Assembly: GCA_035457485.1 (NCBI GenBank)
Contig: DATIBO010000006.1
Location: 306,659-370,658, forward strand
DNA: 64,000 nucleotides
DNA from: Candidatus Saccharimonadales bacterium
Lineage (GTDB): Bacteria; Patescibacteriota; Saccharimonadia; Saccharimonadales; EFPC-124
Reading direction: 5' to 3'
A program made the position numbers and the translations under genes. A model generated the notes under the pieces. It searched no databases and had not been told where the DNA came from. It saw nothing but the letters and a program-made list of their open reading frames with translations. Below are positions 46,580-55,346 of the stretch, piece by piece. Each line of letters opens with the position of its first letter. The first letter of the stretch is position 1.

Positions 46580-48349
46580 ATGCAATGGGTTGCAGGGTTC
46601 TGGCCTCGACGAGACGCCATGAACAAACCTGTGGTTTTCCCAAAAAACTCACATGCCCACAATATGCTGTGGAATGTTGGGTACGAATGTACCGAGTTCC
46701 GTCGATTTAGCTCTGGTTCCACAACCGTCACGGTTGTAGGATCATGTCTGGCTACAGACGTCGAACTCAACGCCGCACTCCCAGCCGCCGATTCCGAGCG
46801 CTGGGAGATTTTTGCACAGTGGCCAGGTTCGTACATTGCCGTTGTGCAAAGAGCGCATGAAGCAGTAGTGATTACTGATCTTGCTGGGGCGAAACCGGTC
46901 TTCTGGGTAAAAACCGACTCTGGATGGTGGTGGTCGACAGCAGCGACACCTTTGGCGGCGTTGATGCGGTCAAAGGTTAACATTCGAGCACTTCTTACGC
47001 CTCTGATGGTGGCAGGAGTAGATGCGTGGGGCGGAGAAACGCCTTACGAGAAGGTGATGGTAGTTAAGCCGGGTTCGGTTCTTCGCCTGTCACATGACGG
47101 GCCGAAGGTCGAAACTTGGTATAAGCCAACGGTATTGTCGTTCGCCGAAGGGCAGCACAATTTCCGCGCCGCTCTCACTGATTCAGTCGGTCGGCGAGCA
47201 GCCCTAGGTGACATCTCTAGCGATTTGTCGGGAGGTATCGACTCAAGCCTTATTGCGCTGCTCGCAAGCCGCTTGACGGTTGTTCACGGAGCGACCTATG
47301 TTGATCCGTGGCAAAGAAACGATGACGCCGATTATGCTCGGCGCGTCGCAGGGTTCGGCGGAATCAGGCAAATTCTTGTCGAAGGCGACCAAACAACCAC
47401 TCACTACAGCGATCTCGATGAAGCGCCATTTACGGATACACCGTCGGCCGATGGGGTCTTGTTCGGCTACAACCGAGCAAAGCTTCAAGCTGTGAAGGCG
47501 GCGGGTTCTCGACACCATCTAACCGGAGCTGCGGGTGATTGCATGCTTTTGTCTCCCTACCCATGGGTGGCGGAGCTGTATAAGCACCAGCGGCTTCAGG
47601 CTCTCCGTTGGGCGCGCCAAGAAGCTCGGCGTCGTTTGACGTCAAGTCGGCGATTCATCCTCGCAACGCGTCGACTGGCTACAACATCATTTGCCAATGA
47701 AGCCGCAAGGCTGGCAGGCGGAGTTGAGGTGGCCGAAAAGACGGCATGGTCTTCAGTCTGCTGGCTTAAGTGGATGGAGTCCGCCATCTGGCTAACCGAA
47801 CAAGGTCGCTCGATGTTGTGTGGTCGTCTCGAGGAGATATCCTACGAGTTGGATCCGCCCGAGAATCCTGGCGCGAATCTCGATTGGCAAAGTCTTAGGG
47901 CTACGGCGATCGAGCGCACGACCGCGGTTGAGTTTGCGCGTTCCATTGGAATCACGCTCCACAATCCGTTTTTCGACACTCAGGTGATTGATGCTTGCCT
48001 GTCGATTCCGGGATATGAGCGTGCTCCCCTGGACACGTTTAAGCCGCTAGCAACGCTGGGCTTTATGGCAGAGTTGCCGGAGTTTTTGCGCCAGCGTCGC
48101 ACTAAGGGCGACTTTGCCGGCACGATGCTTCACGGTATTCTGTTTAACCAGCACTGGCTGAAGCGCATGATCGAAAGTTCGGCTCTGGTAGAAATGGGGT
48201 TGATCGACAGAGATCAGCTACGTCAAAGTGTTCAATCTGCGATTTACGGATTTGACACTCAGCTGCGCGGGATTCACCACCTGACTACGATCGAAATGTG
48301 GTTGAGGTCCCGCGATCTGCGTCCTACTGTTTGGTGGGAGATGCTGTGA
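46580..48349 (+). CDS. Lasso peptide cyclase (asparagine synthetase-like, C protein)
   Basis: 589 aa with the PP-loop ATP-pyrophosphatase motif DLSGGIDSS. AAGGAG RBS. Lasso cluster context. Confidence 0.85.
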   Translation: MQWVAGFWPRRDAMNKPVVFPKNSHAHNMLWNVGYECTEFRRFSSGSTTVTVVGSCLATDVELNAALPAADSERWEIFAQWPGSYIAVVQRAHEAVVITDLAGAKPVFWVKTDSGWWWSTAATPLAALMRSKVNIRALLTPLMVAGVDAWGGETPYEKVMVVKPGSVLRLSHDGPKVETWYKPTVLSFAEGQHNFRAALTDSVGRRAALGDISSDLSGGIDSSLIALLASRLTVVHGATYVDPWQRNDDADYARRVAGFGGIRQILVEGDQTTTHYSDLDEAPFTDTPSADGVLFGYNRAKLQAVKAAGSRHHLTGAAGDCMLLSPYPWVAELYKHQRLQALRWARQEARRRLTSSRRFILATRRLATTSFANEAARLAGGVEVAEKTAWSSVCWLKWMESAIWLTEQGRSMLCGRLEEISYELDPPENPGANLDWQSLRATAIERTTAVEFARSIGITLHNPFFDTQVIDACLSIPGYERAPLDTFKPLATLGFMAELPEFLRQRRTKGDFAGTMLHGILFNQHWLKRMIESSALVEMGLIDRDQLRQSVQSAIYGFDTQLRGIHHLTTIEMWLRSRDLRPTVWWEML

Positions 48350-48615
48350 AGCTTTCTCAGGATGCATACCCTGTGTTCGACAAGCTTACGGGATCGGCGT
48401 ACGTTCTCCTGCTCAGGACTGGCAAGTGGCGTTTTTTTAATCCGTCGGCCGGAAAGCTGTTAAAGCAACTAGCCGACGGTGTAGATCTGGAAACGGCTCT
48501 ACGAAACGTCGCCGCAGGATACAGGAGGCCGGTTGACGTCGATGTCTTAAGGATCGACATGGAGCCCGTACTTCGGGCAATGATCGACCTCGGAATCCTA
48601 GAGGAGAACGAGTGA
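48346..48615 (+). CDS. PqqD-like RiPP recognition element (lasso B1 protein)
   Basis: 89 aa from a GTG overlapping the cyclase TGA (GTGA). The track gives a longer in-frame ORF from 48298. Size and position fit B1. Confidence 0.7.
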   Translation: MKLSQDAYPVFDKLTGSAYVLLLRTGKWRFFNPSAGKLLKQLADGVDLETALRNVAAGYRRPVDVDVLRIDMEPVLRAMIDLGILEENE

Positions 48616-49028
48616 CAGTTAATATGCTGCCGCCAGATAGTTCTGGCAGTGGGCTGAGCCTTGGCTACAAAGTCCTGGGTTTTCTGAGCCTTCTTTTGGC
48701 GGTCACTTCACTTCGAGTTCTGTCCTTGGCGACGTTGGTTACCACCTTGATCAAGGTGAAGCCTGATCGTGCAGCCAGCTCAAGGCAGGCAGAGGACTAC
48801 ATCCGCGCTATTCAGTGGGCAGGTAATTTCTACTTCGGTAGAGTTGCCTGCCTAGAAAGAGCTGTCGGTGTCGCAATCCTCGCGGCCATGGTCCGCAGGC
48901 GGGTTACAAGTTGCATTGGTGCTCGCTTTCGACCCAACGAGTTCCATGCTTGGACTGAGGTCGACGGCACTCCGGTCATGGAGATCGAAAGTGCCGATTG
49001 GCCCTACCAAGCCGCGGTAAGGTTTTAG
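48612..49028 (+). CDS. Transglutaminase-like cysteine protease (lasso leader peptidase, B2 protein)
   Basis: 138 aa with Cys in GRVACLERA and His/Asp in EFHAWTEVDG. The GTG overlaps the B1 stop. Confidence 0.8.
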   Translation: MTVNMLPPDSSGSGLSLGYKVLGFLSLLLAVTSLRVLSLATLVTTLIKVKPDRAASSRQAEDYIRAIQWAGNFYFGRVACLERAVGVAILAAMVRRRVTSCIGARFRPNEFHAWTEVDGTPVMEIESADWPYQAAVRF

Positions 49029-49033
49029 GGTAC

Positions 49034-49062
49034 GGTCTGCATGGCATCCAGCTATGCAGACC
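49034..49062 (+). terminator. Hairpin closing the lasso cluster
   Basis: GGTCTGCAT-N11-ATGCAGACC, a 9-bp stem 6 nt after the B2 stop. Confidence 0.5.
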
Positions 49063-49253
49063 ACTAACGATATTATTAAACTGCATCAGAGTACTGGGAT
49101 GCCAGTTACCAAAACTCTAACGAAAGTGACGCCACGCGTTGTTTAGTCAGTTGGGAGAAGTAAAGCCACATCTTTGTTTTATTAAGTTAACAAATATATT
49201 TGATTATCCTGCAACTTTCTGAGATGATGTAATTATAACTAAGGGGAGGTTCT

Positions 49254-50099
49254 ATGGTCTTAAGCTCAGTTCGCAAAATAAGCAGATTTTTTATTGGACT
49301 TTTGGTTTCGGCTTTAATGGTTTTACCAGCGGTCGGCGTTCAAGCAGCTGCACCAGGCAGTTTATATAGCTACACTCTTGATGGCGCGTCAGCGACAGTG
49401 ACGAATAATGCCGCAGCTAACACCAACGTAAACCTTAACTTACTCGGTGATTGGTCGCAAACTAGCTTTGGGGTCAAGTTCGAGGGCAACACAACTAATA
49501 AGCAGTCTGTAGGCTATGCTAAACCAGCTAGCGGCAGTACCATTAACGTTCCTGCTTCGCAAGCATTCGGCGGAAGTGTCTTGTTTAAGTACCAGGCACC
49601 AACAAGCGGAACGTGCTTTGCAGACTCGCCAAACATCACACAAATTGGCAAATATGGCGCGGGTCTTACGCAGTTTAAATTTCAAATAAGTAATTGTGGC
49701 AAGAGTCAAACTGCAGTGTTTCCCCAGTGTCGTGTTGCGGGAAGTAGTGGCGCGAACAATCCAGTAATGGGAACTCAATCCCTGATCGATGGCTACGATT
49801 ATATTTTGCAGTGTATAAAATCTCCAGATCCAGCTAGCGGGAGCGCAAGTTTGCAAATGAACTTGACTAAAATTGACCCAGTAAATGGTAATGTGACCTA
49901 CACAAACAATTTTGCGATTAACAAAACTGGAACACTTAATTCCACTCAGTATTTAAGTGTTGCCAATCAATACCCACTTAAGTCGCAGGCAAACAACACT
50001 GATCAATTTAACGGTGAAGTTTCGAAAGTTGCTTATTGCACCGGCGCAACTGTAGCCGACGCACAAATTTGTTTGGATACAGAAGTACCTCTACAGTAA
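49254..50099 (+). CDS. Secreted protein (281 aa), unknown function
   Basis: Signal peptide ending VGVQAAAPG. Thr/Asn/Gly-rich beta-type sequence. GGGGAGG RBS. Confidence 0.6.
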   Translation: MVLSSVRKISRFFIGLLVSALMVLPAVGVQAAAPGSLYSYTLDGASATVTNNAAANTNVNLNLLGDWSQTSFGVKFEGNTTNKQSVGYAKPASGSTINVPASQAFGGSVLFKYQAPTSGTCFADSPNITQIGKYGAGLTQFKFQISNCGKSQTAVFPQCRVAGSSGANNPVMGTQSLIDGYDYILQCIKSPDPASGSASLQMNLTKIDPVNGNVTYTNNFAINKTGTLNSTQYLSVANQYPLKSQANNTDQFNGEVSKVAYCTGATVADAQICLDTEVPLQ

Positions 50100-50108
50100 G
50101 TTAAGTAA

Positions 50109-51185
50109 TTGTCATATCGTTTGTATTACAATAAACATATGACACCAAAAGAAACTGGCGGTAGATATCACTCACTCTATATTATTCTTTTTATAGCATT
50201 GTGTGTGGCTCTACTCGCCAGTGCGGTCTTGGCTTGGTATTACGCGCAGGATTTGACAAAATCACCCGTTGCCGATTCTTCGGTTAGTAACCAATCGTTT
50301 ACCTTTGCGGCTGCAGGCGATTTTGATAGCGCGCCTGCTTTTGTCGACGTACTTAAGCAGATAAAAGCGAGTGACGCTAACTTCACTCTTGGTCTGGGCG
50401 ACCTAAGTTATGGCAATGTTATCGAGCGAGAGTGGTGCGATAAAGTTCACGAAACACTCGGAGCTACGCATGCTTTTGAGTTGGTATTTGGTAATCATGA
50501 CGATGTTTCGGGTAGTAAGGCAGGGCTTATGGCGGCATGCTTGCCTAACCGCATGCCTGATATGGTGGGCGACTACGGAAGCAAGTACTACTTTGACTAT
50601 AAAGGTTTGGCGCGAATCATCGGAATTACGCCCGACATTACACTTTACGGGCAAACAAACCAATATGATCAGGGGTCAGAGCAGTATAAATGGCTGTCTG
50701 ATCGTATTGACGAAGCGCAGAAGCAACAGCTTTGGGTGGTTGTTTCAATGCACAAAAACTGCCTGACGATTGGTGTTAAAGACTGCGAAATAGGCCAAGA
50801 CCTATTTAATATGCTATTACAAAAACGCGTTGATATTATTTTACAGGGTCACGAACATGGTTATATGCGCAGTAAACAGCTACGCGTGGGTGAAGATTGC
50901 ACTAGCCCTACCGTGGGATTCAAACCTAATTGTTTAGCGAGTGATTCAAACGACCTATACAACAAAGGTGATGGTTCAGTACTGGTAATCACCGGAACAG
51001 GAGGAGTAGAACCGCGTGACGCTCAGCTTGACAGCCCACTAGCTCCTTATTTTGCCAGTGTGCACGTTAAAAACGCCAACCCAGTATACGGTCCAACGAT
51101 TTTTTATGTGACTCCCGTCGCGATAACGGCGCAGCTGATAGATACGGCCGGGAATGTTCAGGACTCATTTAGGATAGAACGCTGA
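50109..51185 (+). CDS. Membrane-anchored calcineurin-like metallophosphoesterase
   Basis: GDF/GDLSY, GNHD and GHEH motifs. N-terminal TM. Start is TTG at 50109 or ATG at 50139. Confidence 0.75.
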   Translation: MSYRLYYNKHMTPKETGGRYHSLYIILFIALCVALLASAVLAWYYAQDLTKSPVADSSVSNQSFTFAAAGDFDSAPAFVDVLKQIKASDANFTLGLGDLSYGNVIEREWCDKVHETLGATHAFELVFGNHDDVSGSKAGLMAACLPNRMPDMVGDYGSKYYFDYKGLARIIGITPDITLYGQTNQYDQGSEQYKWLSDRIDEAQKQQLWVVVSMHKNCLTIGVKDCEIGQDLFNMLLQKRVDIILQGHEHGYMRSKQLRVGEDCTSPTVGFKPNCLASDSNDLYNKGDGSVLVITGTGGVEPRDAQLDSPLAPYFASVHVKNANPVYGPTIFYVTPVAITAQLIDTAGNVQDSFRIER

Positions 51186-51451
51186 TCATTGACTTTATCG
51201 GCATATGAATTGACGTGATCTAACGAGGTCCAAGTGGAGCCCATTCCGAGTTCTTTTCAAGCTTGATCTAAACTACACCCCAGGACTACGAGCAGAGGTA
51301 GCGCATTTGCAGGTCGTAGTCTTCCGGCTTTACCTCAGTTAGGCCACCACTTACATATCCACTTCAGGATCGGCTTGTTTTTAGCTCGCTCCAAAACGCC
51401 TCACTCGCATCAAATTGCTTAACGGAGGAACAAAAAACCTCCGCTAATGAG

Positions 51452-52180
51452 TTACTGGACGTCGTAAGAAATACGAACCGTGCCAGCCTGAGTTTTTATT
51501 TTCCTGATTGTCTCACGCCCTATGTCTTTTAGTGCAGCAACATGCGTCCCGCCACATGGCACGCCAAAATCACCATATAACACAACTCGGCTCGGCTTAT
51601 CTTTTGGTAGATACTCCGGCACATGTCGGCAAAGTTTTGCCATTTCCTCTTTATTGACGAAACGTATTTCAGTGGTAATACCGCGGCTCAGGATTTCGGC
51701 AATCTTTTGCGATAACTTTTCCATTACATCTTCCTTGGCCTCGTTGCCCAAGTCACCTTGGTATTCAACGTACGCACCCTGTGGAAAGTGATAGCCTTTG
51801 CCCGGAACCCAGTCGTAGCCGAGTTCGTTTACCGCCATATCTAAAACGTGTCCGCCAGAGTGAACTCGAGTATTTAGTTCACGGCGATCTTTATCTACCG
51901 CGCACTCCACGTCTTCGCCTTGCATGAACGGATAGCCTTCAAAACGCCCGATGTGTAGTACGAGTCCCTCGGCAAAGCGCACCTCCTCAACGGTAAATGT
52001 GGAATCTGGGCTTGAAATTGTGCCGGTATCGTAGGGTTGCCCGCCGCCTTGCGGGTAAAAAACCGTTTGGTCTAGGTAGACGATTGTCTTTCCATCCTTT
52101 TCTTCAACCTTTTCAACGTATGCCGTACAAGCAAGTTGTTGCATATTTTCTAAATAAAGTAGTTTCGTGTGATTCATCAT
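51452..52180 (-). CDS. AlaX-type tRNA trans-editing protein (Ala/Thr-tRNA synthetase second additional domain)
   Basis: Zinc-binding motifs HSGGHVL (HxxxH) and CGGTHV (CxxxH). 242 aa. Confidence 0.8.
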   Translation of the reverse strand: MMNHTKLLYLENMQQLACTAYVEKVEEKDGKTIVYLDQTVFYPQGGGQPYDTGTISSPDSTFTVEEVRFAEGLVLHIGRFEGYPFMQGEDVECAVDKDRRELNTRVHSGGHVLDMAVNELGYDWVPGKGYHFPQGAYVEYQGDLGNEAKEDVMEKLSQKIAEILSRGITTEIRFVNKEEMAKLCRHVPEYLPKDKPSRVVLYGDFGVPCGGTHVAALKDIGRETIRKIKTQAGTVRISYDVQ

Positions 52181-52229
52181 ATTCCTTTTTAACTTAAATA
52201 GAATTGACAGATTCAGTCATAATTATATC

Positions 52230-53351
52230 CTAAAGATATCCTGCTGCGCCGTGATTAATTTTACTGTATACAGCATCGTAAATTTCGTTTGCTTCTTGGT
52301 TTGTTAGCGATCTTTCCAGATGCCTAAGCGTAATGCGTACTAGTACATTTTTTTGATCTGGCTTGCAGCCTAGTCGTTCACGGGCAATTTGCGGCAGATC
52401 CTTGTAGAGAGTTTCGTTTAATACTTCAACACTTTCAAGAATATTTACTTTGTCTCCTAGGGCTTGACGAATATCCTCGTTTATATCTTCTTCTACATGC
52501 TTCGCTGGAATGCTATATGACATGTCACGCGTAATCGCCGGTTGGTGTGATACTTCGGTATATTTTTCAAGGTCTTTCATTTGAACAGCGATCGCAGGGT
52601 TTGTAGAGCGAAGATAGCGAATGTCTGGGATATCTTTGAGCGTCATAACCAAGCGGTCGAGTCCAATACCCATAGCCCAGCCAGAATGTTTGGCCGGATC
52701 AAGCCCAGCATCATTGAGTATTTGATCGTTGATTAAGCCGCACTCTAAGATCTCGATATCTTGGTCGCCTAGCACGGCGTTTACTTCTACGCCCTGCTTT
52801 GTGTAGGGGTGTGGGCTGTCGATAATACGCAGTTTCCAGTCTGGGGCCGCGATTTCGGCGATTCTCCTGACCGTTTCAAGTAGATCTTCTTTAACAATTG
52901 TGGGTTTTCGGCTAATACGCCAAATGTCTAATTGATGGAGCACGCCCAAGTGCTTTTTGTCGGTAACATCACGGCGGTACGCAAGGCCAGGTAGTAAAAT
53001 CACAACATCTTGCCAGTCGTTTCGCGCGGCGAGCTGCTTTAGCAGTGCTGGCGCATGTGCAGTGGTGTGGGTGCGCAAAAGGTGTTCTTGGTCGACGTAG
53101 TGTGTGTAGGTGGATGAGCGGCTTATGTTGTCTTTAGGGACAAGCAGGGCATCGTAGTTGTCTGCGGCCAATACGATCGGATTATCGCGGTGGACAATTG
53201 TCTCGCTCATTGGATGTGCTGCTCGCACGCTATCTTCGATTTTTTGGTATAGCAAGGCGACCGCGTGTGGCTCGCCGGCTTGTGTTAGGTCTGGAATTGC
53301 TAAATAGCTTTTTAGCGCTTCTTTGCTGAGTGGTTTTATATACATTTTCAT
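52230..53351 (-). CDS. pheS: Phenylalanyl-tRNA synthetase alpha-type catalytic core fused to a C-terminal FDX-ACB-like domain (mitochondrial-style single-chain architecture)
   Basis: Class II motif 2 (YRRDVTDKKHLGVLHQLD), motif 3 (GWAMGIGLDRLVM), then about 115 aa with RDMSYSIP...VRITLRHLERSLTNQEANEIY resembling an FDX-ACB domain. No pheT is adjacent. Confidence 0.7.
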   Translation of the reverse strand: MKMYIKPLSKEALKSYLAIPDLTQAGEPHAVALLYQKIEDSVRAAHPMSETIVHRDNPIVLAADNYDALLVPKDNISRSSTYTHYVDQEHLLRTHTTAHAPALLKQLAARNDWQDVVILLPGLAYRRDVTDKKHLGVLHQLDIWRISRKPTIVKEDLLETVRRIAEIAAPDWKLRIIDSPHPYTKQGVEVNAVLGDQDIEILECGLINDQILNDAGLDPAKHSGWAMGIGLDRLVMTLKDIPDIRYLRSTNPAIAVQMKDLEKYTEVSHQPAITRDMSYSIPAKHVEEDINEDIRQALGDKVNILESVEVLNETLYKDLPQIARERLGCKPDQKNVLVRITLRHLERSLTNQEANEIYDAVYSKINHGAAGYL

Positions 53352-53370
53352 TGTAATTCCTTGTTTTGTT

Positions 53371-53396
53371 AAATAAAAAAGCCCCTTTCGGGGGCT
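53371..53396 (-). terminator. Rho-independent terminator 20-45 nt upstream of the PheRS start (possible attenuator)
   Basis: On the minus strand: AGCCCC-GAAA-GGGGCT followed by TTTTTTATTT. Confidence 0.6.
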
Positions 53397-53674
53397 GCTT
53401 GGTTCATGTTGGTAAAATGCTAGCGGGTAAAGTTAGCTAAGCCCCCGTGGGTGGAGCTTGTAAAGAAAACGGCCTGGTTTTGGACTTGGTAAATCACATT
53501 GTCTATTATATCATCGTTATTTCATTATACAAATAGCTCATCCTGCATTGGAAGCTTTGACTCTTGAACTATAGGCCATAAACGAAAAGAGATCACCCAA
53601 AAGATTTAGCGTTTAACAAAGCGAGCAAACAGCAGTCTCTCATAAAAATAGGTTTGAGCTTACTTGGAGCAGCA

Positions 53675-53700
53675 TTGATACCCAAAAGGAATCGAACCCT
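53675..53700 (-). repeat. Decayed copy of the tRNA-Glu 3' end (possible att scar)
   Basis: TTGATACCCAAAAGGAATCGAACCCT versus the tRNA-Glu 3' end TGGTGATCCCAAGGGGAATCGAACCCCT (59590-59617). Confidence 0.55.
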
Positions 53701-53720
53701 AAAAATAACTGATATGACGC

Positions 53721-53782
53721 AACAAAAAAGCTCCAATAAAATAAATTATGGAACTTTTCGTATCTGTTGATAAATTTGGTGA
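53721..53782. repeat. Copy of the about 62-bp tRNA-Glu 3'-flank unit (hairpin + spacer + TGGTGA)
   Basis: Aligns with 59534-59595 with only a few substitutions or indels by hand alignment. Confidence 0.7.
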
Positions 53783-53816
53783 GCTCACTGGATAAAAAAT
53801 GGAACACTATCTACCC
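53778..53816 (+). repeat. R repeat copy 1 (about 39 bp)
   Basis: GGTGAGCTCACTGGATAAAAAATGGAACACTATCTACCC. Confidence 0.8.
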
Positions 53817-53862
53817 AAGTTTAATTTTGCTTTACCAAAAATCAATACTGCTCGGAATAGAC

Positions 53863-54426
53863 CTAGACTAACAGCTTCTGCAATTCTTCAAAAACAAAAG
53901 GTACTTCGAATATTCCATCTTCAGAGCCAAAGTGCCCTTTGTCGTGCAGTACAATACCTTTCGCCTGCAACTTATTTTTAAACAAATCCATTTGATCAAG
54001 TTTTATAAAAGGATCGTTATCAGAATGTATCGCTACAAATTTGTCACAGTGTTCTCGTATATTCGTCCAATCCAGCTCGTGATCAAAGAAGGTATCATGC
54101 TGGCCTTTGTATTCGCTAAATTTTTCGCCAAATCCGGCGATCATAATAACGCCGCCAACCTTTTCGTTTTCGGAAAGAGTTTCGAGATATCGAAGAATAG
54201 TAATGCAACCAAGACTGTGGCCAATAAGGTAAGTATTAGTAGTTGGACGGCCTACGGTTTGCATGAGTTTCTCTGTCCATTCACTAGCAGCCGGATGTTC
54301 CGGGTTTGGCATGGCCGGAACATCAACATTCCATGCACCTGTGGCTTCAAGCTCTTTCTTAAGCCAAGGCTTCCAGTTGCTCTCGGGTTTGCTCTTCCAG
54401 CCGTGTACAATAATTGCGTGATTCAT
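53863..54426 (-). CDS. YdeN/RBBP9-type alpha/beta serine hydrolase
   Basis: IIVHGW...PESNWKPWL, nucleophile elbow GHSLGC, and C-terminal D...H. Start moved to the internal ATG (MNHAIIVHGW). Confidence 0.75.
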   Translation of the reverse strand: MNHAIIVHGWKSKPESNWKPWLKKELEATGAWNVDVPAMPNPEHPAASEWTEKLMQTVGRPTTNTYLIGHSLGCITILRYLETLSENEKVGGVIMIAGFGEKFSEYKGQHDTFFDHELDWTNIREHCDKFVAIHSDNDPFIKLDQMDLFKNKLQAKGIVLHDKGHFGSEDGIFEVPFVFEELQKLLV

Positions 54427-54561
54427 GGATTTATTATAGCAATAGCCAAAGCGGCTCAGGTGGCTCCCTACGGGAATCAAACTCAATTTTACAGAGGTGG
54501 TACAAACAAAAATGTCCCAGGCTTTATTTTCTGGAACATATTTATACCTGTTGTCTAAAAT

Positions 54562-54595
54562 GGTGAACTCGCTGGATAAAAGATGGAACACTATT
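54562..54595 (+). repeat. R repeat copy 2
   Basis: GGTGAACTCGCTGGATAAAAGATGGAACACTATT. Confidence 0.8.
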
Positions 54596-54698
54596 TTGAG
54601 CAGCACCCATATGCTCTACGTAAAGCTTATTAAGTTAGGCCTCGAGCTGAAGTAAGCCTCTTCCATTTTTGCTAGAATAATTAAAGATTGGAACCAAG

Positions 54699-55292
54699 AT
54701 GATAAAAAAACATGTTGAGATATATGCAAAATATGCCGGCCTGGCCACAGTTTGTTTTGAGTGGTTGGCAGTCATACTCTTTTTTCTAATTAGGCCAGCG
54801 GATTTTAATGGCCAAAACCCCATAAGCTACTTTGCTTCATTGCCAGAGACACGAGCAATTTTTAGTGTCTGTTTGACCATAGCTGCTGTAAGTTTTTGGA
54901 TATTTACAAGATTTCATTTGCCCAAGCACTATGCTGTTCCGGTGCGACTCTTTGCCGCGTCTATGTTGGGTTACGCTTTGCTAGCACTTGTGCCATACGA
55001 CCCTAACAATGTTGCTAGTGATATAATCCACAGAATCTTAGCTCTATTTTTCTCTGTGACATTCCTCGCCGGAATTTATCTTGTCGGAAAAAATAACCGC
55101 GATGCTCAGGTGCGCTGGGTGTCATACATAGCCGCGGCTTTGAGCGGAATTATACTAATAATGTTTTTAGCTTTTCCAAAAAGTCCGATTCTATTAGTAC
55201 TAGAGGCACTCAGCGCTTTTATAGGGCAAGCTTGGATTGTATGGATTTCGTTTCATAGTTTTGCAAAAGCAAGAACTGTACAAACGAAGTGA
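54699..55292 (+). CDS. Integral membrane protein (about 6 TM; DUF998-like)
   Basis: Track ORF, hydrophobic. Family resemblance is tentative. Confidence 0.55.
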   Translation: MIKKHVEIYAKYAGLATVCFEWLAVILFFLIRPADFNGQNPISYFASLPETRAIFSVCLTIAAVSFWIFTRFHLPKHYAVPVRLFAASMLGYALLALVPYDPNNVASDIIHRILALFFSVTFLAGIYLVGKNNRDAQVRWVSYIAAALSGIILIMFLAFPKSPILLVLEALSAFIGQAWIVWISFHSFAKARTVQTK

Positions 55293-55307
55293 TGTAATAA
55301 TTGCAAT

Positions 55308-55346
55308 GGCGACCTCACTGGATAAAAGATGGAACTCATTTATTCC
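55308..55346 (+). repeat. R repeat copy 3
   Basis: GGCGACCTCACTGGATAAAAGATGGAACTCATTTATTCC. Confidence 0.75.

Noticed and set aside
46253-46983. Track ORFs 46253-46585(-), 46396-46578(+) and 46567-46983(-) around the start of the lasso cluster.
   Set aside because: They are chance open frames in GC-rich DNA. They overlap the well-supported precursor frame (46400-46516) and the cyclase gene, and they lack RBS or recognisable motifs.
51186-51451. 265-bp moderately GC-rich intergenic stretch with an 8-bp inverted repeat (GACTACGA...TCGTAGTC), considered as a possible ncRNA.
   Set aside because: It shows no resemblance to any RNA family I can recognise (tmRNA, SRP, RNase P, 6S) and no clear promoter/terminator pair. 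It may be a decayed fragment.
53352-53520. T-box riboswitch, or a Phe-rich leader peptide (MNQAAPERGFFI, overlapping the terminator), upstream of the PheRS gene.
   Set aside because: No T-box consensus (GGGTGGTACCGCG-like with a UGGN bulge) is present on the correct strand. The mini-ORF has no SD and only two Phe codons. Only the terminator itself is reported.
53778-53816. Whether the R repeat (…CCAGTGAGGTCACCA on the minus strand) is itself a tRNA or tRNA-like gene replacing tRNA-Glu.
   Set aside because: I could not fold a T-arm or acceptor stem. Only the terminal TCACCA matches a tRNA 3' end.
53932-54558. 208-aa plus-strand ORF, and the N-terminal 60 codons of the 53863-54606 track ORF.
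   Set aside because: The plus ORF is antisense to the hydrolase. The N-terminal extension runs through R repeat copy 2 and precedes the conserved MNHAIIVHGW start of this hydrolase family.
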